Position numbers and translations under genes: made by a program. The notes below the pieces were generated by a model. It ran no database searches. It worked only from the letters and a program-made list of their open reading frames with translations, and was not told the origin of the DNA. This document shows, one piece after another, positions 1 to 8,895 of a DNA stretch of 64,000 nucleotides. The stretch is from IMG/VR virus record IMGVR_UViG_3300042139_000023; one strand, written 5' to 3'. Every line of letters begins with the position of its first letter. Position 1 is the stretch's first letter. The DNA comes from a virus. Lineage: Duplodnaviria; Caudoviricetes.

Positions 1-162
1 GCGAGCCGGGCCGAGGGGCACGACGAGGGCGCCTGGACGATCCCATTCGCCATGCTCGTCAGCCTGGGCGAGGAGGACGCCCTGGCGTTCACCGTCGGCG
101 CCGCCATGTGTGCGGCCGTCGGCTTCATCCAGTCCACCTTGGAAAAGGAGGCGCAGGCGTGA
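1..162 (+). CDS. 3' end of hypothetical protein (partial)
   Basis: Open frame 1 to TGA at 160-162, GTGA overlap with next start. Confidence 0.55.
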   Translation, partial: ASRAEGHDEGAWTIPFAMLVSLGEEDALAFTVGAAMCAAVGFIQSTLEKEAQA

Positions 163-587
163 GCGCCGACGGGGACACCTACCTCTGCCCGACCTGCGGC
201 AAGCCGTTCGACAAGACGGATCGGCTCTTCGACTTCGCCATCGCGGCGCACGAGAAGGACCACACGCCGCAGCGCAACAACCCGGCGAACATGATCCGCT
301 GGAACGAAGACGGCCTGATGTGGTGCTGCGTCCTGTGCGGCGCTCCGATCCACATCGGCGAGTACACGGCTCGGCAGATGATCATCGGTCACTGCCGGGT
401 GGTGCACGACTCGGTGACCGCAGGCTCCTCTTCCGCCCCTGTTACGGCCAGGGGCGGCCGGGGATCCAGCAGGTCGCGCGGGTTCGGTGAGGCGGTCGGC
501 GACATCGTCGAGGATGCCGCCGAGGGGATCGGCAAGGTCTTCAAGGCCATCGGCAACGCCATCGGCGACGCAAACCCCTTCGACTAA
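159..587 (+). CDS. Protein with two C2H2-like zinc fingers
   Basis: CPTC...HEKDH and CVLC...HCRVVH; GTG start after AAGGAG, inside track ORF 108..587. Confidence 0.6.
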   Translation: MSADGDTYLCPTCGKPFDKTDRLFDFAIAAHEKDHTPQRNNPANMIRWNEDGLMWCCVLCGAPIHIGEYTARQMIIGHCRVVHDSVTAGSSSAPVTARGGRGSSRSRGFGEAVGDIVEDAAEGIGKVFKAIGNAIGDANPFD

Positions 588-602
588 CCGAGGGACATCC
601 CA

Positions 603-680
603 ATGGCGGCCGTCTCGACGATCGTCTTGACGGCCGCCACCCCCATCGTGTTCTATGTAGTCACGCACCCGGAAAGGTGA
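603..680 (+). CDS. Possible 25-aa hydrophobic micropeptide
   Basis: GAGGGA then ATG; MAAVSTIVLTAATPIVFYVVTHPER; fills the gap between genes. Confidence 0.3.
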   Translation: MAAVSTIVLTAATPIVFYVVTHPER

Positions 681-687
681 GGAAAAA

Positions 688-1800
688 GTGGCACGAGAAG
701 AGAACCTTTCGACCATCGAGAGGATGCTGGGATTCGAGTTCGTCTCGGACCCCCGCAAGGCCCGGTTCCCGATCCCGGAGACCCCGAAGGAGTACCTGGA
801 GAAGAACCCCGAGCGTCCGTACCCGCACCCCTCCATGAAGATCACCCCGGAGATGGCACGCGACGTGCTGAAGTACCGGGTGATCCGTGTCGAGCGGATG
901 CCGCGCGAACTGCGCCACCCCGAGGTCACGGCCAACCGCCGCTTCCTCATCACGACGCTCAACGGCACGAAGAAGAGCAAGGGCCTGGTCTCCATCGTCG
1001 CCGACGGCGGCTGGGACGACCGGATCTCCACCTCCGTCGTCTTCACGGAGGACGGCTTCCTGCTCGACGGCCAGCACCGCTTCGCCGCGTGCGCCCTGTC
1101 GGGCAAGACGATCGAGGTCCCCGTCACCACCAACGGTCAGTGGGGCACGTTCTCCGTGCTCGACACCGGCCGTGGCCGCAACGCCGGTCAGCTCCTCGGT
1201 GACATCCCCTACCCGGACCAGTCGGCCGCCGCCGCCAAGCTCATCCTCCCGGTCATCCGGGGCACCGAGCGCACCGAGTGGGCCGTCACCGACGCCAGCA
1301 ACCAAGAGATCTACGAACTGGTCCACGGCTGGCCCTTCTTCCACGAGACGTGGGAGGGCTCCGGCTCCTGGATGAAGCACGTGCTCCAGGCGGCGGCCAG
1401 CCGGATCCCGCCGAGCGCACTGGCGGCTTCCGTCATGATGGCGCTGGCGGCCGGTGCCAACGCCTCGCACGTCCAGGAGTTCCTGAACGGACTGAAGCCG
1501 GGCTACCGCGACGGCTTCCCCCGGATCGGCCCCAAGGGTGAGGACCCGCGTCACCTGCTGCGCCGTCAGTACATGAACAAGGGCAACCGGAAGCCCACCG
1601 ACAAGGACCGCCGCGACCAGGTCAGCCACGTCCGCAAGGCGATGGACGTCTGGCTGGAGTGGAGGGCCCACGAGGAGGGTGACCCGAAGGCGAAGGTCAT
1701 CGAGCTGCTGAAGCTCCAGGCCGCCGCCGAGAACGCCGACCTGCCCGAGGTCTGGCACGCCGATCGAGTCCGCAAGTTCCACAGCGAGAGGGTTTCCTGA
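688..1800 (+). CDS. ParB-N-like / DGQHR-motif protein
   Basis: VVFTEDGFLLDGQHRFAACALSG motif; GC3-rich codons; RBS upstream. Confidence 0.75.
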   Translation: MAREENLSTIERMLGFEFVSDPRKARFPIPETPKEYLEKNPERPYPHPSMKITPEMARDVLKYRVIRVERMPRELRHPEVTANRRFLITTLNGTKKSKGLVSIVADGGWDDRISTSVVFTEDGFLLDGQHRFAACALSGKTIEVPVTTNGQWGTFSVLDTGRGRNAGQLLGDIPYPDQSAAAAKLILPVIRGTERTEWAVTDASNQEIYELVHGWPFFHETWEGSGSWMKHVLQAAASRIPPSALAASVMMALAAGANASHVQEFLNGLKPGYRDGFPRIGPKGEDPRHLLRRQYMNKGNRKPTDKDRRDQVSHVRKAMDVWLEWRAHEEGDPKAKVIELLKLQAAAENADLPEVWHADRVRKFHSERVS

Positions 1801-1802
1801 AC

Positions 1803-2213
1803 ATGGCCGAGATCTGGCTGCGCCCCGAGTTCCAGGGGCGTGAGAAGGAGCTGGAGACCCGGGTCGACTTCGAACGGCGTACGGGCATCTCCGCCCAGTC
1901 CCTGTCCTCCAAGTTCTCCAACTACGCCGACCGGCTGCCGAAGCTGGTCAAGCGCAACGGCAAGCTGAAGTACTTCGTCGCCGTCGAACTCGACGAGTTC
2001 GTGGGCTGGATCGAGGCCAACGCGGGCACCCGCTCCGAGGCCGATGTCCGCCGCGCCGAGCTGGCCCGGGTTCAGAACGCGATCGAGGACACGATGGAGC
2101 GCGTCGCCGACCGGCAGCGCGACCTCGACAAGGCGAAGCGCGACCTGGCCAAGTACCAGCGCCAGGCGAAGACCCTGAAGTCCGACATCGAGTTCCTGGA
2201 CCAGGTCGAGTAA
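1803..2213 (+). CDS. Putative HTH DNA-binding protein with C-terminal coiled coil
   Basis: N-terminal FERRTGISAQSLSSK HTH-like segment; heptad-rich C-terminus. Confidence 0.55.
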   Translation: MAEIWLRPEFQGREKELETRVDFERRTGISAQSLSSKFSNYADRLPKLVKRNGKLKYFVAVELDEFVGWIEANAGTRSEADVRRAELARVQNAIEDTMERVADRQRDLDKAKRDLAKYQRQAKTLKSDIEFLDQVE

Positions 2214-2257
2214 CACCGCAGAATCCAGCCGCTTTTCGGTGGCTGGCGAACAGCGAG

Positions 2258-2282
2258 AGAGGGCCCTTCGGGGCCCTCTTTT
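2258..2282 (+). terminator. Intrinsic terminator
   Basis: AGAGGGCCC-TTCG-GGGCCCTCT followed by T-run. Confidence 0.75.
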
Positions 2283-2317
2283 CGTGGTACCGTATTGCTC
2301 AAGGGAAGGAGAATACC

Positions 2318-2518
2318 GTGGAGTTCACGGTCGAGGTATTCGACTACGGACGGTACGGCTGCACGGTGAAGGAGCCCCGCACGGGGCTCTCTGGTGAGGG
2401 TGACACCAAGGAAGAAGCGATGGACGATCTCCGGAGGAAACTCTGGAGCCACATCGAGTACGACTTCGTCCCGCCCGAAGAGGGTCCGACCCGCAGCATC
2501 GAGAAGATCACCATCTGA
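2318..2518 (+). CDS. HicB-like small protein
   Basis: GLSGEGDTKEEAMDDLR resembles the HicB/UPF0150 N-terminal motif. Confidence 0.55.
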   Translation: MEFTVEVFDYGRYGCTVKEPRTGLSGEGDTKEEAMDDLRRKLWSHIEYDFVPPEEGPTRSIEKITI

Positions 2519-2529
2519 AGGAGACCGTC

Positions 2530-2817
2530 GTGTACACCCTGGTCAGGCACAACCTCTGGACGTTCGAATGCTTCCCCCGCTTCCGGCGGGGGCTGGAGCC
2601 GCTGTTCGTCAGCCCGCTGACGGCGCGGCGCGTGCGCGAGGAGGGCGGAGTCCTCTTCGACACCTCGGAGGAGGCGTGGGACGCAGCCGAGGGGTTCATG
2701 TACCCGGCCGGGGACATGACGGTTCCGGCGAATCCGGTCGGATCTTTCAAGGACATCTTCTTCCTGCGCCAGCCGCTTTTCGTTCCAGAGTTTTCCGGCG
2801 ATCTCATCGCGGCATAG
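2530..2817 (+). CDS. Hypothetical protein
   Basis: GGAG RBS, operon position. Confidence 0.65.
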   Translation: MYTLVRHNLWTFECFPRFRRGLEPLFVSPLTARRVREEGGVLFDTSEEAWDAAEGFMYPAGDMTVPANPVGSFKDIFFLRQPLFVPEFSGDLIAA

Positions 2818-2887
2818 GCTGGGTGCAGGTGCAGGTCAACGCGGGTAACATCCTGCACTGTTTCCGGCAGTGAAGGAGTTGAGCAAA

Positions 2888-3358
2888 ATGGCACGCGTTC
2901 ACGGTGTATATCTGAGGAAGCCTCCGAAGGGCCCCTCGTCCTACACCTCGAAGGAAGCGGCACTGGCCGCTTCGCCCACGCTGGTCGTGCCGGATGCGGC
3001 CTTCCCGAAGAACAAGGTCGAGTCGGTCAGGAACGCGGCCTTCCGGGTGAACTCGGGAGGCCGTGGCGACTGGTCGCCGGGGCAGTTCTTCGCCATCTGG
3101 GACTACGCGCAGGATGTCGTCCTGCGGGTGCGCCGGGACGAGGACGGTGACGGACCTGTCGAGGTCATCGGCTTCGTCAAGGAGGGCGAGGTCATCGGGA
3201 GCACCGGGGAATCCGTCGGCTCCCTGGAGGCGGTCCTGAAGGAAGAGGACGTCGAGACCGGCGGATGGGTGTTGCTGATCGGCATCCACCCGAACGTGCC
3301 CGAGGGCTGGGAGGAAGTGGTGAGCGCCCCGGGCAGCCGGAAGCGCAAGAAGAGCTGA
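2888..3358 (+). CDS. Hypothetical protein
   Basis: AAGGAG RBS before ATG 2888; coding-like codon bias. Confidence 0.7.
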   Translation: MARVHGVYLRKPPKGPSSYTSKEAALAASPTLVVPDAAFPKNKVESVRNAAFRVNSGGRGDWSPGQFFAIWDYAQDVVLRVRRDEDGDGPVEVIGFVKEGEVIGSTGESVGSLEAVLKEEDVETGGWVLLIGIHPNVPEGWEEVVSAPGSRKRKKS

Positions 3359-3400
3359 AGGGCGGGGCCGGACGGGGCCCCGCCATGGAGGGGAGACAGG

Positions 3401-3565
3401 GTGGAAACGCGTGTCGTGATCAGGGACAACCTGACCGAGAAGACGATCGAACTGATCGCCGACCTCACCCCGGAGGATGCCCGGGTGGTCAACGAGATCG
3501 GCGAACGGGTGGCGCAGGGCACCGGCTGGGATGTGACGGTCCTGGCAGTTGAGGCGGAGAAGTGA
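3401..3565 (+). CDS. Hypothetical protein (54 aa, not in ORF track)
   Basis: GGAG RBS, GTG start, METRVVIRDNLTEK..., GTGA overlap with next gene. Confidence 0.65.
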   Translation: METRVVIRDNLTEKTIELIADLTPEDARVVNEIGERVAQGTGWDVTVLAVEAEK

Positions 3566-4074
3566 ACCTCGATCCTCACGAGCTGGGCTGGCACGAGTTC
3601 TGGCTGAGGATCGGGGTGATCTTCTTCGTGCTGTCGCTCCTGATGCTTGCGGTGCTGATCGTGGGCCGGATCCTGCTGACGGCCTGCGACCTGGTCCGCT
3701 GGGTGAAGAAGAAGATTCACGGAGAGGAAGAAGAGATGTCGCCTGTGCGCATGCACCGCGCCCTGCTGAAGCTGGTCCCGGCCTCCCACCGGGGTCAGGC
3801 GGAGAAACTGCTGAAGGGCCTTCTCGCGGCCGATGAGAACGGTCGCGAGGTCTTCGTCGCCGAGTACGACGGCCAGCCCGCCAGCGTCCACGTGAGCGCC
3901 GAGGCTGCGATGGGCGCCTGCGCCCGGCACCTGTCGGCCGAGCCCGGTCCCGACATCCCCTGGGACTGGTTCGAGGACGAGTTCGGCTGGGTGATGCGCC
4001 GGATCGACCTCGACACCGACAAGCCGCTCAGCCTGCTGGCGGGCAAGGTCACCCGGACCGAGGTGAAGGCATGA
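3562..4074 (+). CDS. Membrane-anchored hypothetical protein
   Basis: N-terminal hydrophobic stretch; overlaps with both neighbours. Confidence 0.7.
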   Translation: MNLDPHELGWHEFWLRIGVIFFVLSLLMLAVLIVGRILLTACDLVRWVKKKIHGEEEEMSPVRMHRALLKLVPASHRGQAEKLLKGLLAADENGREVFVAEYDGQPASVHVSAEAAMGACARHLSAEPGPDIPWDWFEDEFGWVMRRIDLDTDKPLSLLAGKVTRTEVKA

Positions 4075-4559
4075 GCCACCCGGATCCCGCTTTCCGCCAG
4101 ATCGCCGAAGCGGAGCGCAAGATCGTCAAGTACTTCAAGTATGAGGCGTTCGCAGGGGCCGAGAGACTTCCGGCCCCCCTGAAGGGAATCGACGGCGTCC
4201 CCTTCACCACGATTCAGGTCGAGTGCGACGAGCAGTTCTCGTTGCAGCACCGAATCAACGAACTGATCGTGCGCCGGGACGCCGACGGGAATCCGTTCTG
4301 CCTTCTGGTGGCCCGGAGCAAGGGGAAAGTGCCGGAATTCTGGGATGCATACCTGCCGCCCATGTGGGATCTGGACTACGGTCCCGAGCCAACTCCGGAG
4401 AACGAGGCGTGGACGTGGGTCCGCATGGATCTGCGGCTCGCCGTCATCCACCTGAGCAGCGCGATCCGCACCTGGGGATTCGCTCAGATGTACTCGCTGG
4501 TCACGGAGAAGCCGCCCACGCTGAGCGGCATACAGGCGTGGCTGGCGCGGCCGAGCTGA
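4071..4559 (+). CDS. Hypothetical protein
   Basis: ATGA overlap, codon bias. Confidence 0.7.
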   Translation: MSHPDPAFRQIAEAERKIVKYFKYEAFAGAERLPAPLKGIDGVPFTTIQVECDEQFSLQHRINELIVRRDADGNPFCLLVARSKGKVPEFWDAYLPPMWDLDYGPEPTPENEAWTWVRMDLRLAVIHLSSAIRTWGFAQMYSLVTEKPPTLSGIQAWLARPS

Positions 4560-4583
4560 CCGGCCGGATCCGCCGAGATACCT

Positions 4584-4613
4584 GAAGGGGCGCCCCGTGA
4601 GGGGCGCCCCTTC
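4584..4613. terminator. Hairpin between convergent genes
   Basis: GAAGGGGCGCCC / GGGCGCCCCTTC inverted repeat. Confidence 0.7.
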
Positions 4614-4630
4614 TTGCGTTGTGGCCCTGC

Positions 4631-4921
4631 TCAGACGCCGTGCACCGACATCCCGGGAATCCAGAAGCGGGTGTCTCCCGTCTCGGTGTGCTGGAGCTGC
4701 ACCCGATCGGCCAGGACAAGCAGGTCGTCCGCGTGGCGGTACTGCACCGCCAGAGCCACCAGGAAGGCGCTGTACTCCCTGACGTCGGCTTCCAGGTAGA
4801 CGCAGTCGGTCCCGTTGTCGGGGTGCGGTCCGCGCTTGATCCCCTGCCACGTCAGGTTGGCGTAGGTCAGAGCCCGGCCGACCGCGTCCCGGCTGAGGCT
4901 TATCCGCATATCCGAGTCCAC
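4631..4921 (-). CDS. Hypothetical protein
   Basis: GAGGGG RBS; TAGAAT -10-like box upstream. Confidence 0.6.
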   Translation of the reverse strand: MDSDMRISLSRDAVGRALTYANLTWQGIKRGPHPDNGTDCVYLEADVREYSAFLVALAVQYRHADDLLVLADRVQLQHTETGDTRFWIPGMSVHGV

Positions 4922-5046
4922 TTTTTACCCCCTCGTTTCTTCTCTTTTCCTGCCTGTATTCTACTCCTATCCCCTGGTCAGAGCGATAGAAGAGGTTCAA
5001 GTTGCAACCGCTGAACGTGGTGGAGCAGGAGTTCGAAGGGACTGCG

Positions 5047-5247
5047 ATGATGGTGGCAGTCCCCCAGACCGGCACCCTTCCCCAGGATCCCCACGTGCCC
5101 ATGCCGTCGCCCCTGCGCGCCATCCTGTACGCCGTCATCGCCACCGTCCTGGCCGCCTCCCTGTACGTATGCATCGAAGCGGCCGTCATGATCTACGACT
5201 TCTACCAGATCATCCAGTGGTTGGGGGCGCTCGCGGAGCACTCCTGA
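5047..5247 (+). CDS. Small membrane protein
   Basis: Hydrophobic ILYAVIATVLAASLYVCIEAAV segment; GAAGGGA RBS. Confidence 0.55.
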   Translation: MMVAVPQTGTLPQDPHVPMPSPLRAILYAVIATVLAASLYVCIEAAVMIYDFYQIIQWLGALAEHS

Positions 5248-5281
5248 GACACTGTCCGTACGAACTGAAGGGGAGGTCGAG

Positions 5282-5458
5282 ATGGCCACGCAAGCCAGCT
5301 CCAGCGGGTGCAGCAGCACCACAACGGGGATCCGTGGATCCCTGACCGGCCGTGTCACCCGCGAGCCGGTGCGCAACTACTGGCCAGATCACGACATGAC
5401 CCCGAGGACCGACTTCATCAGCGAGCGGAATCGCACCGCTCTGATGTGGCGACTCTGA
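5282..5458 (+). CDS. Possible 58-aa hypothetical protein
   Basis: GGGAGG RBS before ATG. Confidence 0.4.
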   Translation: MATQASSSGCSSTTTGIRGSLTGRVTREPVRNYWPDHDMTPRTDFISERNRTALMWRL

Positions 5459-5512
5459 CGGACCTTTCCCGGTAGGATTTCTCCAGGAAAACGGAGAAGA
5501 AGGGACCGGGAA

Positions 5513-6019
5513 ATGTCGAAGTGGCCACAGCCGCATGAAGGTGTCGCCGGAGTCAAGCGGACCCGGGACGACCTGCTCAGCCTGGACCCGGCAGCACTGC
5601 GCCGCCGGGTCATCATCCTCGACATCGCCCGGTCCTTGTGGCAGGCGACTCTGCGGGGAGCCCACAACGAGTACGGCCGGAGCGCGTACGAGCGCATGAG
5701 CAAGCCGCGCATGGGTGATCTGGTCGTCGAGACGATGGGCATGGCGCACCCCTCGAAGGCCGATCGCGACGGCAGCGCGCTCGCCATCCACAGCTTCGGA
5801 ATCATGCTCGGCGAGCGCACCGAGTGGGCCTGCACGAACGAGAAGTGGCAGGAGTACGTCGAGGAGGATCCCGATCTCACCGACGACGACCGGGCCACCG
5901 ACACGGCGATCTATGTCCAGTACGGTCCGGAGCCTGAAGACGTCTGCCGCTGGGTGAACTGCTCCGTCATCGCCCTGCCGACCGGGGCGCTGTACCACAC
6001 GGCCGATCAGAATCCTTGA
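5513..6019 (+). CDS. Hypothetical protein
   Basis: GAAGGGA RBS, codon bias. Confidence 0.7.
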   Translation: MSKWPQPHEGVAGVKRTRDDLLSLDPAALRRRVIILDIARSLWQATLRGAHNEYGRSAYERMSKPRMGDLVVETMGMAHPSKADRDGSALAIHSFGIMLGERTEWACTNEKWQEYVEEDPDLTDDDRATDTAIYVQYGPEPEDVCRWVNCSVIALPTGALYHTADQNP

Positions 6020-6187
6020 GTTCTTCCACTCCGTTCGGCATCCATCGAAACGCTTGCCTCGGCAGTCCCCCAGAAGAGACGATGGACTTGCTCACGAGGC
6101 GCCTTCACCGACCCGGACTGGCCCCTCCAGGACCCCGCTGCCCGGCTCTTGCCCAGCCGACTTCACCGGCAGCGGGGTTCGCCCATC

Positions 6188-6952
6188 TCAGCTCACGTCC
6201 ATGTTCGGGTACCGCTTCTTCACGGCCGCCCGCACCTTGCGCTTGTCCTCGTCGGAACCGAACTGCTCGACCCGGGACAGGGCGCTGCGAGCCCGAGCCG
6301 GGGTGTCGATGGGGTACTTGCGGCCCGGCAGAGCGAAGGCGGAGTCCGGCAGCTTGTTGCGCTTGTCGGCGTTCAGAGGCGCTTCCTGGAGGTCGCTCTC
6401 CCCCATGTAGCTGTACTCGTCCTCGTCGGGATCGCCGTACTCGTAGTCGTCGACCGGCGGCTCGGCCATCGGATCGCCGTACTGGTCCTCGATCGCCTGC
6501 TGAAGGTCGTCGAGGGTGTCGCCGTCCACGAACTGGCTCAGCACGGCGAGCGCCATGCGGGCGTCCTCCTCGCAGGGGAAGGACGACATGTTCTCGCGTA
6601 CGAACTCGACCGCCGCCTCCTTCTGCTCCTCCTTGTCGCCCTCTCCCTTCTTCTGGAGCCATGGCGGCAGGGCTTCCAGCAGGCCGGACTTCTCCAGGGT
6701 GGCACGCGGCTTGATCTGCGGGCTGGTCGCCTCCTGGGCGGTCTCCCAGGGCCGCTGCGACTCGTCCATGCCGCGCTTGCGGGTGGCCGTGCCGCCCGGG
6801 TAGTCAGCCTCCTGCTGGGTGCGGAAGCCGATCCCGTTCCGGGTGTATCGCTTGTCCTTCACTGCCGTGCGCAGACCCATCGGCATGTCCGAGCTGGCTG
6901 CCTCGCGCAGACCGGTCGTCTTCAGGCTGTGACTGTCGTATCCGTTGGCCAC
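6188..6952 (-). CDS. Acidic protein with C-terminal DUF6582-like domain
   Basis: C-terminal RNKLPDSAFALPGRKYPIDTPARARSALSRVEQFG matches my recollection of DUF6582; GAGGTGG RBS. Confidence 0.65.
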   Translation of the reverse strand: MANGYDSHSLKTTGLREAASSDMPMGLRTAVKDKRYTRNGIGFRTQQEADYPGGTATRKRGMDESQRPWETAQEATSPQIKPRATLEKSGLLEALPPWLQKKGEGDKEEQKEAAVEFVRENMSSFPCEEDARMALAVLSQFVDGDTLDDLQQAIEDQYGDPMAEPPVDDYEYGDPDEDEYSYMGESDLQEAPLNADKRNKLPDSAFALPGRKYPIDTPARARSALSRVEQFGSDEDKRKVRAAVKKRYPNMDVS

Positions 6953-7010
6953 TGCTCCACCTCATTTCCGGGCGTGCCCGTATCCAGAAGAGCGTATCCG
7001 TGGGAACGGC

Positions 7011-7049
7011 GAACGGCCCGCCTCCAGGGTCTGGGGAGGCGGGCCGTTC
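7011..7049 (-). terminator. Hairpin downstream of terD
   Basis: 15-bp inverted repeat GAACGGCCCGCCTCC / GGAGGCGGGCCGTTC. Confidence 0.7.
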
Positions 7050-7067
7050 TGTCCTGCGCGGTGTAGG

Positions 7068-7751
7068 TCAGCCGTTGTTGACGGCGGCGGCCTGACGGAT
7101 GAGGTCCATCTGGTCACCGTGCTTGACGCGCACGCGGGTGTTCTTCTTCTCCATCGTCCACTGCGTGGTGTTGCCGACGCGGTCGAGGACCGTGACGATC
7201 ACGCAGTTCTCGGTTCCGAGCAGGGAGGGGCGGATGCAGAACTCCGGCTTGGCACCGGGGCCGCCGGTCCCGTCGTAGACGGAGGTGAGGACGTTGTTGG
7301 CACCCTGGAAGCCCTGGTCGCCGAGCTTCTTGTTCTTGTCCTTGAAGGCGGCGACCATGATGACGATCCGGTGGAACTCCCCGGGGATCTTGTCGAGGTG
7401 GAAGGTGACCGTCTCGTCGTCGCCCTCACCCTCACCGGTCTGGTTGTCGCCGGAGTGCGTGACCGACCCGTCGCCGGGCTGGCCGTGCAGCGGGTTCACG
7501 AGGCTGTCCCACCCGGCACACAGCACCACGGGCTCGTTGTCCTGGAAGAGGACGGCGACCACGTCGAGGTCGCTGCCCGCCTTCTTGAAGACCTTCCCGA
7601 GCAGGCCGCCCTTGCCTCGGGACGACGCGTCCCAGGAGACTCCGACCGACACGGTGCCGGTGATGTCCAGCTTCTGGCCGACGCCGAGCACCGGCACACC
7701 GGCCGGAGCGAGCTGCGCGTCCGACAGGGTCTCCTTGGTCATGTCCGCCAT
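7068..7751 (-). CDS. terD: TerD-domain stress protein
   Basis: VGVSWD...DLDVVAV...SVTHSGDNQTGEGEGDDETVTFHLDKIP: TerD calcium-binding motifs. Confidence 0.9.
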   Translation of the reverse strand: MADMTKETLSDAQLAPAGVPVLGVGQKLDITGTVSVGVSWDASSRGKGGLLGKVFKKAGSDLDVVAVLFQDNEPVVLCAGWDSLVNPLHGQPGDGSVTHSGDNQTGEGEGDDETVTFHLDKIPGEFHRIVIMVAAFKDKNKKLGDQGFQGANNVLTSVYDGTGGPGAKPEFCIRPSLLGTENCVIVTVLDRVGNTTQWTMEKKNTRVRVKHGDQMDLIRQAAAVNNG

Positions 7752-7906
7752 TACTTGGTCCTCCCGACCCGGAACCCGTTCAGGGTGCCGTCGTTGTCCG
7801 GCCCCTTGCCCCGGTCGCCCGCCGGGATGCCGCTGCTGCCGTTGCCGGACCCACTGGATCCGGAACCGCCGGAGCTTCCACTTCCGTTCTGGAATTCGAG
7901 CGTCAC
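7751..7906 (-). CDS. 51-aa Gly/Ser-rich peptide coupled to terD
   Basis: GGAAAGGGAAG RBS, GTG start, MTLEFQNGSGSSGGSGSSGSGNG..., stop TAA overlaps terD ATG (TAATG). Confidence 0.6.
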   Translation of the reverse strand: MTLEFQNGSGSSGGSGSSGSGNGSSGIPAGDRGKGPDNDGTLNGFRVGRTK

Positions 7907-7947
7907 GCTCTTCCCTTTCCTCGGCTTATTCTGCCGTTTTTCCGTTG

Positions 7948-7988
7948 CTGCCTAGGCCAGTCTATCCACATCAACATGTTTGCCGCAA
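7948..7988 (-). promoter_or_regulatory. HrdB-like promoter (TTGCGG-N18-TAGACT) with palindromic operator CTGCC-TA-GGCCA at 7948-7959
   Basis: Read directly; lies in a divergent intergenic region. Confidence 0.55.
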
Positions 7989-8133
7989 GCCTGTCTTGGC
8001 GATCTGCATCACAGAGTGTTCCCATGTTTCCAGGCATTCGGTGAACGATGAACCGAGAGTGACACGTGCAGGTCAACGGCGATATGATGCCTATCATGAT
8101 CCCCGTGTTCCGGGGACAAGGAAGGGAGAGAAC

Positions 8134-8895
8134 GTGAACGAGAAGCAGCCCTGGACGGGCATCGCCCCGTCGCCGACGGTTCTCGGTCAGCTCGACTACG
8201 AAGAGATGGCGGTCCTGGCCCTGCTCTCCTGGTCGACCGCCACGAACAGGCCCGTGACGTCGCTCGACGTGGCCAACCTCGAAGACCGCGACGGCAAGAA
8301 GCTCGGCCCGGCCGAGGCGAAGGACATCGTGCGCCAGCTCGGCGACCTGAAGATCGCGTCGGTGTACGGCATGGGCAACGACCGTCCCATGTCGGTGCGG
8401 CTCGGCGGCTTCGTGCCCAGGATGCCCCGTAAGTTCGACGACCGGCGCCCGGCACCCCAGCGCACCTCCTCCGCCGCCCCCCGCAGTGCACCCGCAGCGG
8501 CCCGGCGTCCGGAGTCCCGCAGCAAGCCGCCGCAGGGCAAGCGGGGCGGCACTCCCCCGTGGGTGCTGAAGGAGCGCCGGGTGGAGACCGGCCTGGCCGT
8601 CAGCCCGCGCACCCCCGACTACGTCCTGCCGGAGGCGACGCGCCTGCGTGAGGAGCAGATCCGGATCGAGAGCGGCGAGTTCTCGGGCACGCTCGTCGAG
8701 CAGGCGCAGGCCCGTCTCGCTGTGCTGGAAGGGCGCATCCGGCTGTACGAGAAGTGGCTGCGCGACGAGCCCCGGCACCCGGCCCTCCCGGGCGCCCTGG
8801 AGAAGAAGCGCAAGGCGGTGCCGGAGATGAAGTTCCAGATCGAGCGGGCCGCCGTGAAGCAGGCCGAGATGGCGGCGGAGGCGAGCGGTGAATGA
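8134..8895 (+). CDS. Hypothetical protein, possible N-terminal wHTH and C-terminal coiled coil
   Basis: GAAGGGAGAG RBS before GTG 8134; the upstream part of track ORF 7285..8895 is a shadow of terD. Confidence 0.7.
   Translation: MNEKQPWTGIAPSPTVLGQLDYEEMAVLALLSWSTATNRPVTSLDVANLEDRDGKKLGPAEAKDIVRQLGDLKIASVYGMGNDRPMSVRLGGFVPRMPRKFDDRRPAPQRTSSAAPRSAPAAARRPESRSKPPQGKRGGTPPWVLKERRVETGLAVSPRTPDYVLPEATRLREEQIRIESGEFSGTLVEQAQARLAVLEGRIRLYEKWLRDEPRHPALPGALEKKRKAVPEMKFQIERAAVKQAEMAAEASGE

Noticed and set aside
661-1782. Long overlapping alternative-frame ORFs throughout (for example 661..1782, 13306..15384, 24818..26344, 27656..28906, 37876..39660, 61274..62491)
   Set aside because: Shadow frames of better-supported genes with RBS, coupling and motifs
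7285-8133. N-terminal extension of track ORF 7285..8895
   Set aside because: Overlaps terD on the opposite strand; the RBS supports a start at 8134
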